A DNA stretch of 63,999 bases, the filler included, from Reclinomonas americana ATCC 50394 (Eukaryota), in the NCBI GenBank assembly GCA_048213135.1. It is 10 parts of 5 records of this genome, joined end to end, with 100 filler letters (N's around TTAATTAATTAA, not from the genome) between each part and the next. Parts side by side here need not be neighbours in the genome. Positions count along the whole stretch, not along the records: positions 49,024 to 52,031 come from PS015642.1; positions 52,132 to 58,814 come from PS015643.1; positions 58,915 to 60,551 come from PS015643.1; positions 60,652 to 61,777 come from PS015646.1; positions 61,878 to 63,999 come from PS015646.1; 5 more parts are not named here. One strand, given 5' to 3'. Position numbers and translations under genes: made by a program. Numbering within the stretch: the stretch's first letter is position 1; every line of letters begins with the position of its first letter. Under the pieces are notes generated by a model that saw only the letters and a list, made by a program, of their open reading frames with translations, was not told where the DNA came from and searched no databases. This document shows positions 52,001 to 63,999 of this stretch, in pieces.

Positions 52001-55000
52001 GCTTCCCCCATCGCTTCCCCCATTCCTTCCCNNNNNNNNNNNNNNNNNNNNNNNNNNNNNNNNNNNNNNNNNNNNTTAATTAATTAANNNNNNNNNNNNN
52101 NNNNNNNNNNNNNNNNNNNNNNNNNNNNNNNCTCCCTCCTCCTCTCCTCCTCTCCTCCTCTCCCTACCCGCTCCCCTCCTACTCTCCCTACCTCCTCCTC
52201 CGCCCCCCCCCCCCCCCCCCACTCCCTCTTCCCCTTCTTCTCCCCTTCCCCCGTAGCTCCTCCCTGGTGGACGACGTGCGCCACAACCTCGAGGAAGCCC
52301 GCCGCATCCTCGACCGCTTCATGGAGGGCCAGTTGACCAGCCCCGACCCCCCAGATTCCGACTCCGCCGCCGCCGCCGCCGGCAACCCTGCCGCGGAGTT
52401 GAGCGCCTCTCTGCAGCGTCACCAGTCGGTGGACCCTGATGGTGCAGTATTCCTCGCCCTCCCCCCTTCCCCTTCCCCCTTCCCTCACCTACCCATTCAT
52501 GGCAGTCCTGGTGACGCGTCTCGGCAGCTGGGCTGCGGGCGAGATGCAGCACACGCTGCATCAGTTCCTGCGCGCCTTCGGCGACTCGTACGCGCAAATG
52601 TGCGAGGACATTGGCCAACAGCTTCTCCTCACTGGCGAGCTGCGCACGAACCTGAAAGTGTCGCTGCTGCGCACGGGCTCTGGCGAGGTGCTGTCGGGCA
52701 TGGTGGCCAAGAACCTCCAGAGTCTGCTCTCGGCTGTTGCGCAACGTCCCATCAACTTTGCACCTCCATCGCGACGCTTTCTCATTCTGTCGCCCCTGCT
52801 CAGCTTTCGTCACGCATCCCTGGTATTGTCGACAACCTGCAGGCTGCGGGCGAAGCTTTTGCATCGCTTATGGCCGCCGACGGTCGCATGCTGGCCGCCC
52901 TTCGTCTGCGCGTGAAGAACCTGTCGGAGATTTGCGAAATGTACGACGAGGTGGCCGAGGTCACTCGCCGCAAGATCGCCACGGTGACGCACTTGGTCGA
53001 TCTGCGCAAGCGCATCTCCGATTCGAGTGTCACGGCGCTCGCGGCGGAGGAGGCGGTGCTCGATGCCGAGTACGAGCTCGACAAGATGATGCTGTGCGGT
53101 GCCGACGACACGGTGTGTGTGCCAAAGCAGCAAAGGTGTACTTGTTAAATGAGTCCCTCACTTTGTCTCGCATCCACCAACAGGCACTGACGTCTGCCGT
53201 GAAGCGATACGACGATGCCGTTCGCGAGCAGCGCAAGCAGCGTGAGCTGGCCGAAGAGATCTCCACCGTGTCGGTCGAATCATTCGAGGTCATTTCGTGG
53301 TAGCCTCCTCCCCCCGCTTGCGTTTTCTCGACTCATTCTGTGAGTTTTGCGACACAGGAGTGGGCGCCGGAGGCTGCCGTGTATCTCAACTCGGAGTTCA
53401 TGGAGGCGATCACGAAAATGTTCGCCGTGGATGAGGTCGACGCGTCGACCGTGGCCAGTCGAATTCCGCGCGGTATCCTCCAGGTCAGTCGCGTTTGCGT
53501 TCCCTCGTGTGTGTCGCAGTGGCTCAACTGTTTTCGCACAGGGTGGTTTGATGGTCAACCGCACTCTCAACGACTACGACTTGCACGAGGAGGTGGTGCC
53601 GCGCGTCTTCCGCGCCAAGTTTCGTGCGCACACACAGACATTGGTGCCTGCATTTGCACATTTTTCCAACCCCCTGCTGTTGCAGATACCGCAAGTGCAT
53701 GTGCACGTTGCAGGCGTATGTGCTGGAGGAGAGCATGGAGCAATTTGTAACCAGCGTATGGTACGTGCCTCATGCTTTGCCTGGTTTGTGGCCGTGACTC
53801 ATGCTCGCTGTGCACAGGATTTCTATGAATGTCGTCCACCACGGCATCATTCCCGTCACTGCATTCTTCTTCGAGGGCCACACGGCCTACGTGGAGCGTC
53901 CGTTCTACGGTGGCAACACTCTGCGTAACTGGTTGTGGCAGCAGGTATTCTTCACGGGGTTTAAAGGCACGCGTACCAGCTGAGCTCATGTTGTTGGCAT
54001 TCTCGCGCAGTTGGAGCCTCACGAGGACGAGATTCGTACCATCTTCCGACAGGTGCTGGAGGCCCTCGAGTGCCTGCACATGCACGGAGTTGTTCATGGT
54101 GAGTCATGTGGTTTATGAGTAGAAGAGGTTATGCTTTCAAAGTCCTCACTGCTGCATGCAGGCAATCTGACTCTCGACTCCATTCTCATCGACGAGGACT
54201 TTGCTGTGCGCGTCACGAATCTCGACTCGGTAAGTGGATCGAGTCATTCTGCGCGGAGGTGCCAGTTCGTACTGATCGTTGTGGATGGTGGTGCAGGCGT
54301 ACGTGCAGAACAGCGACATGTTGCAGCGCCCGCTGTTCGCTGGAACCATGATGAATGCCGATTACGTGGCACCGGAGTTGCTGAACAGGGTGAGTGGATG
54401 TGGACGAATGGAGAGGAGTAATGGGACGACAGAGCTTCTGTTGCACACTTTGCCTTCCTTTGCCCACGTGCTGCTCTCTCCCGTTGCTTCGTCTTCGAGT
54501 TGCAGTCTCTCTTTTTTGTTTTTGTATACCGTGTCTGTATGATCTCCTTGTCTTCGTCCTCGTTTCTTATTCTCTCTTTCTCTCTTCTCTCTCTCCCTTC
54601 GCTAATTTGGCTTGCTTCTGTGCCACTTCCTGCCCCCAGCTTGTATTCTCTCTCCTTCTATGTCTCTGTTGCAGTCGTTCTGTTTGTCTTTGTCCATCTG
54701 TCTTGCTTCTTTCTGTCACCTCATAAGTTTCACTCTTTCCCTCCTCCTCCTTCACCGCTCTTTTTGCAGCCTTCTTCGTTTTCTTGTCTCTTCTCTGTGT
54801 GTGTGTGTGTGCCTCGCTCTTTCTCCATAGTTGACAACCTTTCTCGTTTTTCCCGTCTTTCTCGCCCACCTCTCCTCCTCCGTTAAATCACTTACTTTTG
54901 CCCTCTCCCTTCTCTCTCTCGTCTCTCATTCCCCCACCACCACTCGCAGGACGCAACGCTGCCGAGCGTGGCCACCGACATGTGGTTTGTCTGCTTGTAT

Positions 55001-56732
55001 TCTCTTGCAGTGATGACTCTTGTGAGCTAAAGATTGTTGCACACCAGGTCGTTTGCCGTGTGCTTGTACAAGTGTGCGTTCATCATCCCCCCCCCTCGTG
55101 GCCACCGCCACTTCGCATGACTCACCTCCTTTGTTGCGTGTGAGCAGCGCTGGTGGACGAGCGCGCAGAAATCGCGTTCGACGACCGCGAGAACGTTGTC
55201 ATTGTCAAGGAGAAGGACATCCCCGTCAAGACGGTGAACCTGCTGCGCCATCTCCTCCGCTTGGACGCGTCCTCTCGGCTGGATGCCTCCGGCACACTTG
55301 CACACGAGTACTTCTCGACCTCGGTGGTGCGCAGTCTGGAGGCGTCGGGTTTGCTGGTGCGTTTTACCACTCGCTAGAGATTGCATTCGGCCCGTACTCA
55401 CTCTTCCGCTGCAGGTTCGACCGGAGCTCAAGCGCCGTGCACTGCAGCAAGCCGTCGCTCTCGCACGCACCAATGTTGGGTTCTTTATTACAAATCTCTT
55501 CATCACACAGCATCTAACTCGGGCACAACCACAGGACCGCGCGCCGGGCACTCAGATTGTTCCCGAGAACGGAGAGAGCATTTATGTGCGTGTATCTTTC
55601 TGCAGCAGTGAGTTGGTGGTTGACTTGGAGCTCACATGTAGTGTCGCTGACAGACGGCCATTCTTCGCGAGTGTGCTTCGAAGCATTACAAGTCAGGCTT
55701 CTGGCGCTATCCTTGGTACGTGGCCAACGCGCCACGCATCAACCGCTCCTTCACCGAGTTCTTTACCACCATGCGATACTCGGATGTGGTGCGTTGCTAT
55801 TTACAAACACTGCATGTGTGTGTCTGTCTCTCTCTGTGTCAGACTCCCCTGCCTGTCTGTCTGTCATTCTCTCTCTCTCTTTCTTTCTGCCTTCTCTCTC
55901 TTTTAACTTCTCGTCGTTTGCGTTCTCTCTCTCTCTGTCTGTCTGTCTGTCTTTCTCTCTCTCTCTCTCTCTGCCTTCTCTCTCGTGTCCGGTGAGGGAG
56001 GTAGGGAGGCAAGGAGACAGGGAGGCAAGGAGCAGGGAGAGACAGAAAGGACAGGAAGAGTCGGTGAGGTANNNNNNNNNNNNNNNNNNNNNNNNNNNNN
56101 NNNNNNNNNNNNNNNNNNNNNNNNNNNNNNNNNNNNNNNNNNNNNNNNNNNNNNNNNNNNNNNNNNNNNNNNNNNNNNNNNNNNNNNNNNNNNNNNNNNN
56201 NNNNNNNNNNNNNNNNNNNNNNNNNNNNNNNNNNNNNNNNNNNNNNNNNNNNNNNNNNNNNNNNNNNNNNNNNNNNNNNNNNNNNNNNNNNNNNNNNNNN
56301 NNNNNNNNNNNNNNNNNNNNNNNNNNNNNNNNNNNNNNNNNNNNNNNNNNNNNNNNNNNNNNNNNNNNNNNNNNNNNNNNNNNNNNNNNNNNNNNNNNNN
56401 NNNNNNNNNNNNNNNNNNNNNNNNNNNNNNNNNNNNNNNNNNNNNNNNNNNNNNNNNNNNNNNNNNNNNNNNNNNNNNNNNNNNNNNNNNNNNNNNNNNN
56501 NNNNNNNNNNNNNNNNNNNNNNNNNNNNNNNNNNNNNNNNNNNNNNNNNNNNNNNNNNNNNNNNNNNNNNNNNNNNNNNNNNNNNNNNNNNNNNNNNNNN
56601 NNNNNNNNNNNNNNNNNNNNNNNNNNNNNNNNNNNNNNNNNNNNNNNNNNNNNNNNNNNNNNNNNNNNNNNNNNNNNNNNNNNNNNNNNNNNNNNNNNNN
56701 NNNNNNNNNNNNNNNNNNNCTCGTCTTCTCTC

Positions 56733-56779
<47 letters not shown>

Positions 56780-58525
56780 TCCTTCTGCCTCCGTCCCTCT
56801 CATATGTATTCAATTCCCTTCGGTTTTGGAGACGAGAGCCCTGACTTTTCTCCTTTTTTGTTCAGCGGATGAGGCAAGTGCTCGGCGACGTGCGGCGAGG
56901 CGAGCGCGCGGAGATGGAGAGCGAGGTGAGTTTTGGCGTGGGCGGAGTTTCGCAAAGGGCTCAAAGTGGAACTTGCATGCAAAATCGGAGTGGCGGCTCA
57001 GCGGGGAGATTGTTCCTCTTCTCGTCCCCTCTATTGCCCTTCTCTCACTTCTGTTCAAGCGGTTATCCTCTTCCTCGCACTCTTCCATCGACTTGCTTAC
57101 CTCGTCCACGCAGTTCGTCTTTTTTTCTCTTGCTTTTCCACCATCTCATCGTTCTCTTTCTCCACCTCCTCGTCTCCTTCTCGCTGCAGATCAAGTGGCT
57201 CCCTCCGTTCTCTTTACTTCCTTGCCCTGTTCACTGCAGTTCAGGTACAACTCGCCTTTGCTTCACCGTCAAGTCGTTCTCTTCCTCCACTACCTCGTCT
57301 CCTTCTCGCTGCAGATCAAGTGGCTCCCCTCTTTCTCTCTTTCTTCCTTGCCTTGTCCGCTGCAGTTCAGGTACAACTCGTCTTTGCTTCACCGTCAAGT
57401 CGTTCTCTTCCTCCACTACCTCGTCTCCTTCTCGCTGCAGATCAAGTGGCTCCTCTCGTTCTCTTTTACTTCCTCGCCTTGTCCACCATTTCAGCCCGTA
57501 AATCTCTTGCTGTTCAGGAACAACTCGTCTTCTACTTCTCCTTCTTTTCCGCCATCTCTCTCTCTCTCCGCGTCCTCTTTCGCTCCGTCTCGACGCTACA
57601 GCCCTCTTTCGCCCATTTATTCTCTCTCGTTTTCGCCGTCTTTTCGGCGTTCTTCTCCTATTCTCTCTTCGTCATGCTCTCCTCTTGCTCCTCGCCCTCC
57701 CGATCAAGATGCTCGCCCCACATCCCTCTCTCGCAATTGTTTCTCTCAGTCTCTGTGTGTGAAAGAGTGAGAGATCCTCAGAGGCCATCCTCCTCTCTAT
57801 CACACACTCTTTGTCACTCTCTTTCTCTCTCGTGCACTCCCTCTTCCCCCCTTCCCTCCCTTTCCCCCTTTCCCCTTTCCCCCTTTCCCCCTTTCCCCCT
57901 TCCCCCTTTCGCCATTTCCCCCTCCCTCCCTTTCCCCCTCCCTCCCTTTCCCCCTCTCCCTCTCTCCTTTCCCCTTTCCCCTTTCCCCCTTTCCACCTTT
58001 CCCCCTTCCCCCCACCCACCCCTCTTCTTCAAATCGTGCAGTGGGAACGCGGAGAGAATGGCATGATGCCTGCCATCGGCGCACCGCTTTCGTGGTTCTC
58101 GGTTTGTGCGAGCGACATGCACTTGTCTGTGCGGCGTCCCCTCCTTCTCTGACCCGCGCGATGAACAGATCTATGGCATGATTGTCGCCAAGTTCCTCAT
58201 CGAGGACTGCACGATGCCGTGGACCAACTACTTCTGTGAGTTTGTATTCTTGCACTGCTCTCTGTCGTTGCCGATCGCACTGACGACGAGCACGAACAAC
58301 AGGTCCAATCCTTCTGCGCTACATTTGCCCGACAGAGAATGCACTCGCCGGCCCGCCTCAGATGACGCTGCGAGTTGCGAATCTCCCATTCTCATAGGGT
58401 GCTTCCACTGCTGACCACACATCTCCTTCAATGCGTTTTCATAGGATCTCGATGCTTTCAACCCGACCATGGCCAGAAGACTACGCATGATACTGGTGGA
58501 GGATCTGCCGACGGAGCTGCCAGAG
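48586..58525 (+). CDS. Large coiled-coil + pseudokinase + HECT-like protein (about 20 exons, 3'-partial; spans two linkers)
   Basis: Exon phases match across both linkers. Kinase fold HGNLTLDSILID, VTNLDS, YVAPE, DMWSFAV; then IYGMIVAKFLIED..MP...F and TLRDLDAFNPTMARRL resembling a HECT N-lobe. Confidence 0.75.
51895..52031. repeat. 12-bp intronic tandem repeat (ATTCCTTCCCCC-like)
   Basis: Direct reading. Confidence 0.85.
57165..57460. repeat. About 125-bp intronic tandem repeat (about 2.3 copies)
   Basis: CTCGCTGCAGATCAAGTGGCTCC at 57180, 57305 and 57431. Confidence 0.9.
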
Positions 58526-58914
58526 GTGCGGGGTCGTGGCGCCTGCAACTCGTCGTCACACTGCCCTTGACCCTTGACCCTTGACACTGCCAAACGAAGC
58601 CTTCACTCTCTCTCTCTCTCTGTTCTGCCTTTTGTCTCTGTTGACTCTGTTGTCTCTGTTGTGTCTGTCTGTCTGTCTGTCGATCTCTCTCTCTTTCTCC
58701 CTCTTCCCTCTCCCTCTTCCCTCTCCCTCTCCCTCTCCCTCTTGCCCTCTTCCCTCTTCCCTCTTCCCTCTTCCCTCTTCCCTCTTCCCTCTTCCCTCTT
58801 CCCTCTTCCCTCTTNNNNNNNNNNNNNNNNNNNNNNNNNNNNNNNNNNNNNNNNNNNNTTAATTAATTAANNNNNNNNNNNNNNNNNNNNNNNNNNNNNN
58901 NNNNNNNNNNNNNN

Positions 58915-60551
58915 AACAGTACCGGGAAGTGTTCGCGCTAAGACGTGAGGTGCTTGGTGACAGACATCCAGATACACTGTGGTCCATGTATTGTCTCGCC
59001 ATCTGCATTCAGGCCAGTGGCAACCTCGCCGAAGCCGAGCGACTGTATCGAGAGGTGCTGGTGCTGAGACGTGAGGTCCTTGGCGAAAGACATCCCGACA
59101 CGCTGTGGTCCATGTACAGCGTATCCGGCTGCGTACAAACAAGTGGGAATCTTGCCGAAGCTGAGCGATTGTATCGGGAGGTGTTGGCGTTGAGACGTGA
59201 AGTGCTCAGCGACAGGCATCCAGACACGCTGTGGTCCATGCATAGTCTCGCCGGCTGTCTCAAGGAGAGCGGCAATCTCGCCGAAGCCGAGCGATTGTAT
59301 CGGGAGGTGTTGGAGTCGAGACGCGAAGTACTTGGTGACAAGCATGTGGATACATTGACGTCAATGCACAATCTCGCCGACTGTATTCTGCAGAGCGGCA
59401 ATCTCTCCGACGCCGAACGACTGTTTCGAGGACTAGTGTCCTTGAGGCGTGAGGTGCTTGGTGAGAAGCACCGAGATACGCTCATAGCCATGAATATCGT
59501 CGCTGCCTGCATGCAGCAGAATGGAAAATTCGCTGAAGCCGAGCAACTGTATCGGGAAGCGCAAGTGCTTTTGTGCAAGGAGGTCGGTGACAAACACCCA
59601 GACACGCTGTGGTGTATGAGCAATTTTGCTCACTCTTTGAAGACCAGTGGCCACCTGTCACAAGCAGAGCGACTGTATCGACAAGTGTTGGCGTCGCAGC
59701 GCGAGTCGCTAGGTGACAAACATCCAACCACTTTTGTGAACATGAACACCCTCGCGGAATGCATCAGGGCAAGCGGAAAGCTGTTTGAAGCTGAAAGACT
59801 ACACCGAAACTTGTTGGCATTGCGGCGCGACGTGCTTGGTGACAAGCATCCGGACACGCTGTGGTCTATGAGTAGCATCGCCATCTGCTTCTCTGATAAT
59901 GGCCTTCACTTCGCAGCATGGGGACTGTATCGGGAGGTGCTGACATTAAGGCGCGACATGCTTGGTGACCAGCATCCAGACACAATGTGGTCCATGTACA
60001 ATCTCGCCAACTGCATCCAGGCCCAAGGCAATCTCACCGAAGCCGAGCGGCAGCATCGGGAGTTGTTGGCACTGAGACGTGAGGTGCTAGGTGACCGAAA
60101 TCCGGACACGCTGACGTCCATCGACAGTCTCGCCATTTGTATGCAGGCCAGCGGCAATCTTGTCGAAGCCGAGCGACTGTATCGCGAAGTTTTGGGGTTA
60201 AGACGTGAGATGCTGGGTGAAAGGCATTCAAGCACACGGGCATCCATGTACAGGCTCGCTGAGTGCATCCAGAAGCGAGGAAACCTCGCTGAAGCCGAAC
60301 GACTCTTTCGGGAGTTGTTGTTATTGGAGCGTGAGGTGCTTGACAACAGGCATCCAGCCACTCACGAAACCCTGCGTAGTCTCGCCAACTGCGTCCAATC
60401 TAGCGGCAATTACACCGAAGCCGAGCAACTTTACCAAGAGGTGTTCATGTTGAAGCGTGAGGTGCTTGGTGACAAACATCCGGACACGCTGACGTCCATG
60501 AGTAGTCTCGTCAGCTGTATTTACGCAAGCGGCAATCTTGCCGAAGCCGAT
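58915..60551 (+). CDS. Intronless array of about 13 42-aa TPR (TPR_10/12) repeats, partial at both ends
   Basis: Units of GNLAEAERLYREVL.LRREVLGD.HPDTL.SM..LA.C. Confidence 0.92.
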
Positions 60552-60936
60552 NNNNNNNNNNNNNNNNNNNNNNNNNNNNNNNNNNNNNNNNNNNNTTAAT
60601 TAATTAANNNNNNNNNNNNNNNNNNNNNNNNNNNNNNNNNNNNNNNNNNNNGTGGAAGGGGGATTAAAGGCAAGGAGGAGGGAGGGAAGAAAAAGGGCAG
60701 TGGCGGACGATGACTTCGATGGTAAGTACATGAGTAGCACGAATAAACGCGACACAGCCCCAGTTCTGCCAGCTCCCCAGTTGAGCAAGAGAAGTCAGAA
60801 AGCAGAACTGACGAAGATCTCCAACTGTCCGCGAAAATCACAGTTGTCTCGCCAGCCATCGATGTTGAGGCTTCTACACGTCTCGGATTCATTCTCCTCC
60901 CACCTTCTCCTCCACCACCACCACCACCTCCGCACC

Positions 60937-61334
60937 TCACGCCAGTGTGGCGGTGTTGGCGTGCGGGTGCGCCGGGTTAACGATGCGACGGCACGACTCG
61001 TTGGTGCACTGCGGACACCGCAACGGGTATTGCGTTGAGTGGCTTCGACCGGAGCTGAGGTGCTGCTGCACGACGTCGGAAAGGGCGGCGGCGAACTCGG
61101 GCATGTCGTTGAACATGGGTGTGCGCACAAAGTTCTTGATGCCCGCCTCCTGCGCGCGCGAGAATGAAAACGGGGGAGATAGATCAGAGAGAGGTGAAGG
61201 GACGGGAGACGCACGTGGGCCTCCTTCTTCAGCTCAATGTCCAACTCGGAGAGCGTCTCGATGTGGTCAGTGGTGAAGGCGACAGGGACCACGACCACGG
61301 ATTTGTGGCCGCGCTTGCCGAGGGCCACCACGGT
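60937..61334 (-). CDS. FECH: Ferrochelatase, last two exons
   Basis: VVPVAFTTDHIETLSELDIE, FND.PEFAAAL.D.V..HL, and C-terminal CPQCTNESC. Confidence 0.92.
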
Positions 61335-61450
61335 CTGCGGGAGAGGGAAGGGTGAGGGGAAGGGGGAAGGGGGGAAAGGGGATAGGGGGGAGGAGAGGAG
61401 GAGAGGGAGAAGGAGAGGGAGAAGGAGAAGNNNNNNNNNNNNNNNNNNNN

Positions 61451-61578
61451 ACAACCCCATGAGAAAGTCGTACTGCTGGGTGGCGGTCGCCGACGTCAAG
61501 TTCAACTCGACCAGCTGCGCCGACACGTACAAGGCACTCACCGTCAACTATCGCTGCGTGCCCGACGCGGCGGCGTGA
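61451..61578 (+). CDS. 3' fragment resembling the end of a SUEL/galactose-lectin domain
   Basis: C.V.V....F...C..TYK.L.V.Y.C pattern ending VPDAAA*. Confidence 0.45.
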
Positions 61579-61878
61579 GGGACAGAAAAAAAGGAACGGA
61601 AAAAAGCGAGAGAGCCAGTTGGAGACACTCGAGGAGCTCCACTGGACCCCCAGCCCATGTACAAGCGAGGAAGAGGAGGGAGAGAAAGGAGAAAAAGACG
61701 CAGCAAAACATGTGGTTATTGCATGGAAAAAAGAAAAAGGAAAATGAGTGAAAAACTAGAGAACTGTGTATTGCGAANNNNNNNNNNNNNNNNNNNNNNN
61801 NNNNNNNNNNNNNNNNNNNNNTTAATTAATTAANNNNNNNNNNNNNNNNNNNNNNNNNNNNNNNNNNNNNNNNNNNNA

Positions 61879-62562
61879 ATCACCGCCTGGGTCATCTACT
61901 GGTACTTTATCAACTCGTTCCGCGCACTGGCCAGCTGGGATCCGATCGAGTACGCCCTCATGCTGCTCATTCCGGCCATGTTCCACTGGTTGTACTTGTC
62001 GTTCAAGCAGGCGGTGTACTTGTGGCGAGCACGTGGACGCATGCTGCGACTGGCGTCGCAGTTGAATGGCGGAGGAGTGGAGCAGACGGCGTTCCATGCG
62101 GAGCTGTATGAGTGGGCGGTCGGAGGCAACCCGCTGTGGCTCGAGTCGGTGGTGCTGCGGGCGACCAACCCTGCGACTGAGATCGTCGATCAGCTGCAGC
62201 GCATCCATCAGGCGGCGGAGAAGGCGGCGTCGGCCAGCTACGCCGAGTGGTTGCAGGTGGAGGCCACGCGCTTTGCGTGGCTGTCGGGCATCGAGTGGCT
62301 GATGCTGCTGCTGAATGTGCTGGCCACGTACGGCTACGCCCTCGAGCCGCTGATGTTCCTGCTGCCCGACAGCGCCGCCGGTGGCTCGCCGGCGTGGCTG
62401 CACACCGCCAAGTTTGGCTACACCGACAACGATGCGCTCTTTTACGGCAATGTCATCGGCGACATTTGCTGGACGCTGGAGCCCGTCATCATCCTGGCCA
62501 CGCCGACGCTGATGCACAGCGTGATCGAGAGCAAGGCGGCGACACTGAAGAAGACGCAGTGA
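61879..62562 (+). CDS. Unknown multi-pass membrane protein, 3' exon
   Basis: Long codon-biased ORF with several hydrophobic segments. Confidence 0.65.
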   Translation: MTAWVIYWYFINSFRALASWDPIEYALMLLIPAMFHWLYLSFKQAVYLWRARGRMLRLASQLNGGGVEQTAFHAELYEWAVGGNPLWLESVVLRATNPATEIVDQLQRIHQAAEKAASASYAEWLQVEATRFAWLSGIEWLMLLLNVLATYGYALEPLMFLLPDSAAGGSPAWLHTAKFGYTDNDALFYGNVIGDICWTLEPVIILATPTLMHSVIESKAATLKKTQ

Positions 62563-62693
62563 TGCGGAGAGGCACTCAGCGATGGCGTTGTAAACAAGAA
62601 GGAAGCTGGTACATGCATTTTTTCTCTCTTTTTTTTCTCTCTGTTCGATCTGCACAAGTCTGCATACACACACATACACACACACACGATCAA

Positions 62694-63852
62694 TCACGTC
62701 TCGGGTAACGGGGCGCGGCAGGTGGGGCATTCCATTCTGTCAGGGAGCAAGGGTGAGAAGGTGAGGGGAAGGAAGGAAACAGAAACTGAGAGTCGCAACT
62801 TCATGGCCATCCACCGCTCCAGACACTCGGTGTGGAAGACATGATTGCACGGGGTGATCATCACACGTCGATCACGCATGGCCTCCCGCCGCTTCCGCTT
62901 AATGGCATCGCTCACTCCCGGTTCTGCAGGCAGATGGGATATTAGAGGAAAATCGAGCAATCCTGTATCACAAAGTGGTGCCTCACCTCTTGCTCTCCTG
63001 TCCTCGGCGTTCATCGACAGCAGCGGCACTGCATCCTCGCCTCTACCCGATTCGAGGTCGCGGAACTCGCGTGCCTCGTCCTCATCGTCGTCCTCGTCCT
63101 CACGCTCGTCGGCTGCCGATCGGTTGATCGACACAGCGGCGGGGCGCAAGGCCGATGATGCAGCCACGGCAGCCTGCGCAGCGGCTCGAGCGTTCTGCGG
63201 CGAGTCTCCCGCCGCACCCTCCACATCGTCGACCGTGTGCATGCAAATGACACAGTCGGGCGCCTCGTGGTCCTCCTCGATCCACGCACCGAGCCTGAAA
63301 AAGTCGTACTTGGCCGGCAGCCACTGCGTGGGATGAGAGGAGTCGTCGTGAGTGTTGATGAGCGGCAGAGTGCGCCTACATCGTGAAAACACACCGATCG
63401 CGGAATGAGGAAGCGCGGACCGAGCCAGTGCTGCACGAGAAGCAGTGCCATCTGGCCGAGCACCACCATGATAATGACAATGACCAACCACGGATCCGGG
63501 CGGATGCGGAAGAAGTTGTCGGGGCAGGCGAAGAAGTCTACGGGAGGACATGAACTCCACAGCAGCAGCACGAGGAGCAGATGAAGAGGTGAGAAACGCA
63601 ACAGGCCGGTACCACCAGACGCGTAAGGCTCATCACGATAATGTATTGCCTGTGCGCAGGGTCAGCTCGGTGCGCAGCACATGATCGCGTCGAGTAAAAA
63701 TGAAACGCAACGGATGCAGTGCACGCTGTGCATCGCGCCACACATTGCGCACGATTTGCGGAAGCCAGAAGCAGTACAAGGCGACGAAAAATATCCACAC
63801 GGACGAGCCCAGGTTGTACGCCAGGAACACGCCGCCAAGAAGCACTCCATCT
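62694..63852 (-). CDS. Transmembrane RING-H2 E3 ligase, TUL1/Dsc1/FLY-like, 5'-partial
   Basis: FWLPQIVRN, TRLVVPAYFFACPDNF, GPRFLIP, CVICM...TPCNHVFHTECLERWMAMKMECPTCRAPLP. Confidence 0.9.
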
Positions 63853-63999
63853 GTGGGTGGGTGCAAGTGAGTCGGAAATGTCGCTCAGCGGCCACACGAA
63901 ATACTTCTTGTTTTCTGCAGCTTCTCAATCGTCTCCCTAACTCCCTACCCTCCTGCCTTTTATCTCCCTCTCTCACTCTCCTTCCACCTCTCTTCCCTT

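Overview
Draft-assembly window of a GC-rich, gene-dense, intron-rich eukaryotic (protist-like) genome, not a prokaryote. It uses the standard code and spliceosomal introns rich in CT/CA/CACT microsatellites. It has N gaps and nine artificial 100-nt N-TTAATTAATTAA-N contig linkers; two genes read straight across such linkers. Manual splicing gives about 25 genes: tandem Crinkler-like REase/kinase pair, GH5 endoglycoceramidase-like, STAND/NB-ARC-TPR (NLR-like), Nudix CoA diphosphatase, ARM-like, PAN-domain protein, intronless bacterial-type BspA/DUF285 adhesin, intron-containing phage tail-fibre-like protein with an S74 chaperone, SLC12 cotransporter, WD40, RPB5, FAD monooxygenase, RING/TRAF-ZF/TPR, isoaspartyl peptidase, CaaX-tailed kinesin, avidin, pseudokinase-HECT, TPR array, ferrochelatase and a TUL1-like E3. 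The strongest unusual signal is in splicing. Roughly one in five modelled introns starts GTTGCG(T) or GTTNCG, i.e. the ordinary GTGCG(T) donor with one extra base, almost always after a non-G exon end. This suggests mass use of a shifted or bulged 5' splice-site register. All gene models are hand-derived and lack RNA support.
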